IMG/VR virus record: IMGVR_UViG_3300032236_000747
Coordinates: 62,001-126,000 of that record
Direction: 5' to 3' (one strand)
Length of the DNA: 64,000 bases
This document shows, one piece after another, positions 1-6,946 of the stretch (position 1 is the first letter of the stretch; every line of letters starts with the position of its first letter). The translations under genes were made by a program, and so were the position numbers. A model generated the notes under the pieces. That model ran no database searches. It was not told where the DNA came from and saw nothing but the letters and a program-made list of their open reading frames with translations.

Positions 1-1
1 C

Positions 2-421
2 GGTATTGTTTTTGTTGTTCTTTATTCTTTAATATTTGTAACACAACCATTGAACGCTATTAGTCCTATTGACCAAAAGTTCTTTGAGTTAATTGTTCCT
101 ATTGCAACATTCTTAACTGGTACACTAAGTGGTATCATGTTAGCAGGTAACAATCCAGAAGCACAACAAAAAGCATTAGAAGCAGCAAACAAGGGTTGGG
201 ATAGACCACCGTCACCGACTCCAGCACCATCTCTAGGAGGATCTTCAAATGGCTTTAACTCTTCAGCAGCGCCTGGCGTATTTGCGTCAGCAGGGAACTT
301 TGGCGCTAGTTCAGCAAGTCCGGCGTTTGCTCCAGCAGCAACCTTCGGGGGGCCAGCGGAAGTAACAACTGGTTTCGGCGGAAAGAAAGTAGTACCAGAG
401 TTTCCACAACCGGAGCTATAA
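2..421 (+). CDS. Membrane protein with a Pro/Gly/Ala-rich C-terminal tail (5'-truncated by the window edge)
   Basis: The frame is open from position 2 (GIVFVVLYSLIFVTQPLNAISP...). It has hydrophobic helices (LIVPIATFLTGTLSGIMLAG) followed by low-complexity sequence. Confidence 0.6.
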   Translation, partial: GIVFVVLYSLIFVTQPLNAISPIDQKFFELIVPIATFLTGTLSGIMLAGNNPEAQQKALEAANKGWDRPPSPTPAPSLGGSSNGFNSSAAPGVFASAGNFGASSASPAFAPAATFGGPAEVTTGFGGKKVVPEFPQPEL

Positions 422-423
422 TC

Positions 424-636
424 ATGAGCTGGTTAAAAAGTATGTTAAGTGATGTCAACGATACTGTTAGCAGTAAACGTGTTATTACTTTTTTAACATT
501 TATTCTATGTGCCGCGGCATTTATCAGCGAAACATGGTTTGGTACTCATATTGACATACCAGTGTTTAACAGTTTGATGTATATTGTTATTGCTGGCCTA
601 GGATTTACAGCAAGCGAAAAGTTTGCACCAAAATAA
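424..636 (+). CDS. Small two-TM membrane protein (holin-like topology)
   Basis: 70 aa with two hydrophobic segments (VITFLTFILCAAAFI; LMYIVIAGLGF) and charged termini. Confidence 0.55.
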   Translation: MSWLKSMLSDVNDTVSSKRVITFLTFILCAAAFISETWFGTHIDIPVFNSLMYIVIAGLGFTASEKFAPK

Positions 637-646
637 GGAAAATAAA

Positions 647-850
647 ATGAAACAACTTTTAGCATTATTGGTATTAGCATTTACTCTAGTTTCAGCAGCA
701 TTTGCTGGAGGAGAAGAGAAAAAGGTTTGTGAAGACGTTAAGGACAAGGCCGGAAATGTTGTAAAAAACAAAGACGGTAGCCCAAAACAAGCCTGCAAAA
801 CTATAAAAGTACATAAAAAGTTAGAAGGCCACGAAGTTCCAACCAAATAA
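647..850 (+). CDS. Small secreted/periplasmic protein
   Basis: The ATG at 647 follows AAGGAAA. Signal peptide MKQLLALLVLAFTLVSAAFA with an A-F-A cleavage site, then a Lys-rich mature part with two Cys. Confidence 0.6.
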   Translation: MKQLLALLVLAFTLVSAAFAGGEEKKVCEDVKDKAGNVVKNKDGSPKQACKTIKVHKKLEGHEVPTK

Positions 851-853
851 AAC

Positions 854-882
854 TTGACTTTTTACCTAAGGTATAGTATACT
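854..882 (+). promoter_or_regulatory. Sigma70-type early promoter upstream of dnaJ
   Basis: TTGACT-17 nt-TATACT in the intergenic gap. Confidence 0.7.
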
Positions 883-911
883 ATATGTATTGCTATACCT
901 TTTTCACTTAT

Positions 912-1736
912 ATGAGCGACCATTACACAACACTCGGAATTAATCGCAACGCTTCAGAATCTGAAATCAAACAGGCGTATCGCAGACTGGCTAGCCAACA
1001 TCACCCGGACAAGGGCGGAGATACTGCTAAGTTTCAAGAAATCGAAGAAGCATACAGGGTTTTAAGCGACCCCGACAGCAAGGGCAACTATGATAGTCCC
1101 CAACCACAATATCACCAGAATGGCTTTCCAGGTGGCGGGCATCCATTCGATGACCTGTTCAGACATTTCGGCGGAGGACCATTCGGTGATATATTCGGCC
1201 GTAGACCACAACAACCCCGTAATCGTACACTAAACATTCAAGCCAATGTTGATCTAGAAGATGCGTTTAATGGCAAAGAACTGTTAGCAAGTATGATGAT
1301 GCCTAGTGGTAAAGAGCAGGTTGTTAATGTAAAAATACCAGCAGGTGTTCAAGATGGTACAGTTTTACGTCTTGCCGAAATGGGCGAAGATAGCGTACCC
1401 GGTGCTCCTAGAGGAGACATCCACATGACTGTTCGCATCAATCCTCACCCTAAGTTTATTCGTCAAGGTGATGATTTGATTTCAGAAATCACATTACCGA
1501 TTTGGGATGCTATCCTGGGTAATACTGTTAAGGTAACAACCATTGACAAACGAGAACTAGAAGTTACTATTCCTCCCGGAATACAGCCCGATCAGACGTT
1601 GTCTATACAAAATGCTGGCATGCCTAATATGAACGATCCTAGATTCAAAGGTCGTCTATTTTTAAAACTCAAGTTTGACATACCTTCTAATCTAACAGAG
1701 CAACAAAAAAATATCATCAAATCTGTAATAGCGTAA
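912..1736 (+). CDS. dnaJ: DnaJ-family co-chaperone (J domain plus C-terminal domain, no Zn finger; CbpA/class B-like)
   Basis: DHYTTLGI...IKQAYRRLASQHHPDKGGD J-domain with HPD, a G/F-rich linker and the DnaJ C-terminal motifs (GVQDGTVLRL, GDIHMTV). No CxxCxGxG repeats. Probable start is the ATG at 912. Confidence 0.92.
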   Translation: MSDHYTTLGINRNASESEIKQAYRRLASQHHPDKGGDTAKFQEIEEAYRVLSDPDSKGNYDSPQPQYHQNGFPGGGHPFDDLFRHFGGGPFGDIFGRRPQQPRNRTLNIQANVDLEDAFNGKELLASMMMPSGKEQVVNVKIPAGVQDGTVLRLAEMGEDSVPGAPRGDIHMTVRINPHPKFIRQGDDLISEITLPIWDAILGNTVKVTTIDKRELEVTIPPGIQPDQTLSIQNAGMPNMNDPRFKGRLFLKLKFDIPSNLTEQQKNIIKSVIA

Positions 1737-1739
1737 ATA
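1734..1739 (+). promoter_or_regulatory. T4-like late promoter core (TAAATA) 5 nt upstream of the def ATG
   Basis: GTAAATATTTTTATG; the same hexamer precedes many structural and late genes in this window. Confidence 0.5.
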
Positions 1740-1744
1740 TTTTT

Positions 1745-2251
1745 ATGTTAAAACTAGTAAAATTTCCAGATCCGATTCTTAGAGAATCGATTCCGTTGTT
1801 CGACTTCAATAATCCGTCAGTTGATCCTAAACAGTTAGAGAAGGACATGATCGAAATCATGTTTGCCAATGACGGAATGGGATTGGCAGCAAATCAAGTA
1901 GGTCAGCGTGTTCGCATGTTTACCATGGGACATAAACAGATGCCAGACGCTGCTCAAGCATTCTTTAATCCAGAAGTAGTGTCTAACACAGACACAGTAC
2001 TTGATATGGAAGAAGCATGTTTGAGTTTTCCCGGAATTTATGTTAATATTAAAAGACCCTCAGCGATTAAAGCACGTTGGCAGAATAGCTCAGGAGAATG
2101 GCAAGAAGGAGAGTTCCGTGACTACGAATGTAAGTGTTTCTTACACGAACTCGATCATCTAGAAGGTGTTGTGTTTCAAGATAGAGTAAGTACCTTGAAA
2201 TGGGCAATGGCAGTTAAGAAATCTAAACCTAAATCATACAAAAGGAAATAA
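1745..2251 (+). CDS. def: Peptide deformylase
   Basis: All three PDF motifs are present: GMGLAANQVG, EEACLS (canonical EGCLS) and HELDHLEG. Confidence 0.95.
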   Translation: MLKLVKFPDPILRESIPLFDFNNPSVDPKQLEKDMIEIMFANDGMGLAANQVGQRVRMFTMGHKQMPDAAQAFFNPEVVSNTDTVLDMEEACLSFPGIYVNIKRPSAIKARWQNSSGEWQEGEFRDYECKCFLHELDHLEGVVFQDRVSTLKWAMAVKKSKPKSYKRK

Positions 2252-2255
2252 AAGG

Positions 2256-4532
2256 ATGATAGAACCAAATAAAGACCTAGAAGTTATTTTTGAAAAAGCT
2301 GTAGGTATTGCTAGTAAGAATCATCACGAGTATCTTACATTAGAACATTTCTTGTATAGCCTTGTATTAGATAAAAAGTTTAATGAAGTATTAACTAACT
2401 ACGGCGCTGATTTAGACGGTCTTAAAGCGAACCTAGAAGGTTTTATTGCCAACGATTTAAAAGATATTGTAAACGCTGATCATAAAGAAAAGCCAAAGAA
2501 GACAAATACCATTGATCGTGTATTGAATCGAGCATTTACACAAGTGTTGTTTAGTGGCCGTAGTACCATTGAGCCTCTTGATTGTTTTATTAGCATGTTC
2601 TCAGAGAAGAAAAGCTACTCTGTTTACTTTATGAAAATGGCTAAGATTGACAAAGACAAGTTTGTTGATTTTATTCAGCGTGATAATAATGTTACTGAAG
2701 AAAACGAAATCAGCGAAGTTAATAACAGACAACTTGAAAAGTTGATTGTTCAGTTTTGTAACAACCTAAGTGCCAAAGCCAAAGCTAAAAAGATTGACCC
2801 TGTCATTGGTCGTGAAAAAGAAATCGAAGAACTAACATTGATCCTGGCACGCCGCCACAAATCAAACGTAATGTTGATCGGTGATCCAGGTGTAGGTAAG
2901 ACTGCTATCGCAGAAGGACTTGCTAAGAAGATAGAAGAAGGCGCGGTACCTGAGTTTATCAAAGATCACACAGTATATTCACTAGATATCAGTGCTATGT
3001 TGGCTGGATCTAAGTATCGCGGTGACTTTGAAGAACGTTTGAAGATGGTTCTTACTGCTCTTGAACGTAAGAAGAACTGCATTTTGTTTATTGACGAAGC
3101 TCACATGATGAGTGGCGCTGGTGCAGTTAGCGGATCAAGCAATGACATGAGTAATATGCTCAAACCTGCCCTAGCTAAAGGCACTATTAAAGTTATTGCT
3201 TCAACAACATGGGAAGAGTTCCGCAAGCACTTTGAAAAGGATCGTGCGTTGATGCGCAGATTCCAACGTGTTGTTGTCAATGAACCAGATGAAGCAACAG
3301 CTATTAAGATTCTCAACGGTATCAAGAAGTACTACGAGAAGCATCACAACATTAAAATCACTAAACAAGCGATTATCGACTCTGTGAAGTATAGCATAAA
3401 GTATATGAGCGATAAGAAGCTGCCAGACAAGGCCATTGACCTTATTGACTGCGCCGGTGCTAGGTTTAAAATTAACAACGAAGAAGGTGGTGTTGTTGAC
3501 CACGACGAGATTGTCTTTGAAGTTTCTAAAATCAGTGGCTTGCCATTGGATCAGATTGCCGCAAAAGATAACAAAAATCTCAAAGACCTTGAAAAGAATA
3601 TGCGTGCCAAGGTGTATGGTCAAGAAAAAGCCATTGAAAGCATTCTTGATAAGATCTTTATCGCACAGTCCGGACTTAAAGGCCTCGATAAGCCAGTTGG
3701 CAGTTTCTTGTTTGTTGGTCCAACCGGTGTTGGTAAGACAGAAGCAGCTAAACAACTAGCAAGTAATCTAAGTGTTGAGCTTGTACGTTTTGATATGAGT
3801 GAATATCAAGAGAAGCACAGCGTTGCTAAGTTTATTGGAGCTCCTCCGGGCTATGTTGGCTTTGAAGACAATGCCGGTCAGTTGATTACTAAGCTGCAAG
3901 AGCATCCTAACTGTGTATTGTTACTTGATGAAGTTGAAAAAGCTCACCCAGATGTACTCACTGTATTGTTACAGTTGATGGATAACGGCTTTGTAACTGG
4001 TAGCAACGGTAAGAAGGCAGATGGACGCAATGCTATTTTGATTATGACCAGTAACCTAGGTGCCGCTGATGCTGAAAAGAATAGTCTAGGCTTTGGTAGT
4101 TTAGAACGCGATGGCGATCCTAAAGATGCTGTTAACAAGTTCTTTGCTCCTGAGTTCCGTAACCGCTTAGATGGTATCATCAAGTTCGGTAAACTTGACC
4201 AACAAACTATGATTAAAGTTGTTAAGAAGTTCATTGACGAGCTTAACAGCCTTATCAAAGACAAAAATGTTCATGTTAAGCCTAACGCAGAGGCAGTTGA
4301 GTTCCTTATTAAGAAGGGATTCGACAGCAAGATGGGCGCACGTCCATTACAGCGTACTATTGACGAGATGATTAAGAAACCACTAAGTAAGGAAATCTTA
4401 TTTGGCAAACTAACTAACGGTGGTATTGTTGAACTAGGCGTTGATAACGAAAAGTTAACATTGAACTTCCTTGACCCATTACCAGTTAACAAGTCTAAGG
4501 TAGTCGAAGATGCACCAGCTGACAACGAATAA
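2256..4532 (+). CDS. clpA: ClpA-like Hsp100 AAA+ ATPase
   Basis: Clp N-domain, two AAA modules (GDPGVGKT/LFIDEAH; GPTGVGKT/LLLDEVEKAH), pore loops KYRG and GYVG, and a ClpP-docking LGF loop. No ClpB middle coiled coil; 758 aa. Confidence 0.92.
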   Translation: MIEPNKDLEVIFEKAVGIASKNHHEYLTLEHFLYSLVLDKKFNEVLTNYGADLDGLKANLEGFIANDLKDIVNADHKEKPKKTNTIDRVLNRAFTQVLFSGRSTIEPLDCFISMFSEKKSYSVYFMKMAKIDKDKFVDFIQRDNNVTEENEISEVNNRQLEKLIVQFCNNLSAKAKAKKIDPVIGREKEIEELTLILARRHKSNVMLIGDPGVGKTAIAEGLAKKIEEGAVPEFIKDHTVYSLDISAMLAGSKYRGDFEERLKMVLTALERKKNCILFIDEAHMMSGAGAVSGSSNDMSNMLKPALAKGTIKVIASTTWEEFRKHFEKDRALMRRFQRVVVNEPDEATAIKILNGIKKYYEKHHNIKITKQAIIDSVKYSIKYMSDKKLPDKAIDLIDCAGARFKINNEEGGVVDHDEIVFEVSKISGLPLDQIAAKDNKNLKDLEKNMRAKVYGQEKAIESILDKIFIAQSGLKGLDKPVGSFLFVGPTGVGKTEAAKQLASNLSVELVRFDMSEYQEKHSVAKFIGAPPGYVGFEDNAGQLITKLQEHPNCVLLLDEVEKAHPDVLTVLLQLMDNGFVTGSNGKKADGRNAILIMTSNLGAADAEKNSLGFGSLERDGDPKDAVNKFFAPEFRNRLDGIIKFGKLDQQTMIKVVKKFIDELNSLIKDKNVHVKPNAEAVEFLIKKGFDSKMGARPLQRTIDEMIKKPLSKEILFGKLTNGGIVELGVDNEKLTLNFLDPLPVNKSKVVEDAPADNE

Positions 4533-5130
4533 ACTATTTTACAACAAGTACAAATATAAAGTTGAGTGTTTTATCTTTGGGGCTAACTTTAGAAACTCAT
4601 TAGGTATTGTATCAACTAATAGCAAGTATAATATAGTAGAACTTAGAAAGTTTAATGCTGCTGTAGATCGATTAATGGATCTAGATATAAAAACTAGGAA
4701 CGAACGAAACACTGTTAGTTTTTTCTTTAACGATCAGTCCTTGGAACCAACAATCAAAAAAGCTATAGGAAACTGGATTGTAAGCATTACTAGTCCAGGA
4801 TCCGATGCTGAAAGCGAGTTTCTCGAAGGCAGTCGGCAGAAGATCTTGTGTAATAACTTGCCTAGAGAAGTTTATCGATACAAGGCCTACTTAAAACCCA
4901 GTACATCTGTAGCTAATAGGGCAAAGTTTTTAACATGGTCCGATAAAATAGGAGATGTCGTTTTCCATTCGGGTTCTACAAGTAGATGGTTAAGTGGTAC
5001 CAATGTGTATTACCCAGACCCTTTTATCTATGTCAAAGACGATAAAAATCTTAGTATGGTGCTGATGTTCCTAGGCAACGACTGTCGCAAAGTAGTAGAA
5101 TATATACCTAGATCAAGCATAAATACTTGA
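4510..5130 (+). CDS. Hypothetical phage protein
   Basis: 206-aa ORF packed between clpA and the next gene, with overlapping start/stop codons. Confidence 0.6.
   Translation: MHQLTTNKLFYNKYKYKVECFIFGANFRNSLGIVSTNSKYNIVELRKFNAAVDRLMDLDIKTRNERNTVSFFFNDQSLEPTIKKAIGNWIVSITSPGSDAESEFLEGSRQKILCNNLPREVYRYKAYLKPSTSVANRAKFLTWSDKIGDVVFHSGSTSRWLSGTNVYYPDPFIYVKDDKNLSMVLMFLGNDCRKVVEYIPRSSINT
5120..5125 (+). promoter_or_regulatory. Late promoter core TAAATA 4 nt upstream of ATG 5130
   Basis: CATAAATACTTGATG. Confidence 0.55.
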
Positions 5131-5555
5131 TGCCAGGATTAAGTCTACAATTTAAATTCGGAGTAGGGACAGGAACTACGTTCACCCCCTACAGTACGTC
5201 CATTCCATCTACCACTGTCGCACCCGACGGTAGTAACAACTTCTATAGTAACAAAGAAAAAGCCAACGGTTATTTCGGAAACAACGGAGGACTACATACT
5301 GTAAGTTATACAATAACTCCAAATTTTGCTGGAACATTGACAACACAGGCTACTTTGGCTACTATCCCCAGTGAAAGTGATTGGTTTAATGTAAACGGAT
5401 CTTCATTTACTTTTGTTAATGCGATTAATCCTGCTTTAACCACAACAACAAACTATGTTAACTTCAGTGGTAACTTTGTTTGGGTAAGGGCATTTGTACA
5501 ACGCAGTAACGATTATCCAAATGGCTCAGTTGAGTGGGTAAACTACAACTACTAA
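5130..5555 (+). CDS. Probable virion structural protein (beta-rich)
   Basis: Thr/Asn/Gly-rich, beta-strand-like composition similar to the tail genes, preceded by the late promoter motif. Confidence 0.5.
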   Translation: MPGLSLQFKFGVGTGTTFTPYSTSIPSTTVAPDGSNNFYSNKEKANGYFGNNGGLHTVSYTITPNFAGTLTTQATLATIPSESDWFNVNGSSFTFVNAINPALTTTTNYVNFSGNFVWVRAFVQRSNDYPNGSVEWVNYNY

Positions 5556-5559
5556 GATT

Positions 5560-5952
5560 ATGAATTTATTTGAATTTTTTAGCGTACCTTCTGTCGAAAA
5601 GCATGAGCAAGAAAATCCCACTAAACAGGACGATGATCAGCAACGTCAAAAACTTGCCAACGATCTTTATTGGTATATTTTAGACCACGATCATTTCCAC
5701 AAAAAACATGTTATGCCTATCGCACAAGGAATGGATAGGGAATATCAAAAGACAAAGAAGCTAGACAGATCAAAATATTCAGAATGTTGGATGCCATTGG
5801 TTCGCGAGGCCTGTTTAGAGTTTCACGAAAAGCATAAGATGCCAGGCAATCCTAAAAAAGTTTTTGATGAAGAGATATGTAAACATCTATGCAAGCGTTT
5901 AGCTGATAGATACATAGAGGATATCAAAAAAGGCGAATACAAGTTAGGATAA
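5560..5952 (+). CDS. Hypothetical protein
   Basis: 130-aa ORF, predicted helical, with an N-terminus MNLFEFF resembling its neighbours. Confidence 0.6.
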   Translation: MNLFEFFSVPSVEKHEQENPTKQDDDQQRQKLANDLYWYILDHDHFHKKHVMPIAQGMDREYQKTKKLDRSKYSECWMPLVREACLEFHEKHKMPGNPKKVFDEEICKHLCKRLADRYIEDIKKGEYKLG

Positions 5953-5956
5953 CGGA

Positions 5957-6946
5957 ATGTTACTGACTGAGCTATTCAATGTATTAACCAAACCAATCAA
6001 CGAAGGTGGTAACGTGTTTGATGGTAAAACAACTGATATTAAACTTGAGAATATCAAACCTACTATAAATGCTTTCTTTGCAGAAATGCAACAAGTGTTC
6101 CCTAACAAGGCAGAGATATTTCAAGAAAGCGATCAATATTTTAGTCCCCTAGGGTCTACATACAAAAAGAAATCATCGGGTGACATTGATCTAGGAATAG
6201 ATAGTCCTATGATTTTAGACAGGACTATGAGCGATGAAAGTATTGCTCAATGGGGTATTGACCCTAAGGCAGTAGCAGCTACATTTGAACTGTTGAAGAA
6301 GAGAGCACGCACCGCTACTCCCGAACAGTTACGTATGAAGGCATTCTTACTTAATCTAGTATTGTTTATCAATGCCAATGCGCCTGTAGCCTATTGTGAC
6401 GAAAAGAAAGTTACATACGGACAGATCTTTTTCTGTTATCCCCAGATCGATGAACAAGGTCAAAACTTAGGTATAGGTGTACAAATAGATTGGGACATTG
6501 GAAATCTAGAATGGTTAAAGTTTGCTTATCATTCAACGGGTTACCCAGAGGGTTCTAATGTTAAGGGACTACATCGTACACAGTTAATGTTAAGTGCTTT
6601 CCAAGTGGCAGGTTTGAGCTTTGTACACCTTAGTGGTGTCAAAGATAAACAAACTGGAGAAATGGTCGCTACAAATCCGGAAGAAGCATTACAGGTATTA
6701 AGTGAACGTCTAGGATTCCAAATAACTAGAGCAGACACCGAAGACTATTATAAACTTCACAAGGTGCTACGGGCTAACATGACACCTCAACAATACGATG
6801 TTCTAATAAACATCTATTTCAAAATTTTAGATAGTACTCGTGCAGACATTCCAGACGACCTACAGGACGAATGGCGTGCTAGAAAAGATCAGCTTGGTCT
6901 TACAGGTAAGTTCTTACCTGACAACTCAGCGTTGAAGGTAGTATAA
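5957..6946 (+). CDS. Pol-beta superfamily nucleotidyltransferase-like protein
   Basis: LGSTYKKKSSGDIDLGID matches the GS-x(n)-DxD signature; a candidate third acidic residue lies in VQIDWDIG. Confidence 0.6.
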   Translation: MLLTELFNVLTKPINEGGNVFDGKTTDIKLENIKPTINAFFAEMQQVFPNKAEIFQESDQYFSPLGSTYKKKSSGDIDLGIDSPMILDRTMSDESIAQWGIDPKAVAATFELLKKRARTATPEQLRMKAFLLNLVLFINANAPVAYCDEKKVTYGQIFFCYPQIDEQGQNLGIGVQIDWDIGNLEWLKFAYHSTGYPEGSNVKGLHRTQLMLSAFQVAGLSFVHLSGVKDKQTGEMVATNPEEALQVLSERLGFQITRADTEDYYKLHKVLRANMTPQQYDVLINIYFKILDSTRADIPDDLQDEWRARKDQLGLTGKFLPDNSALKVV

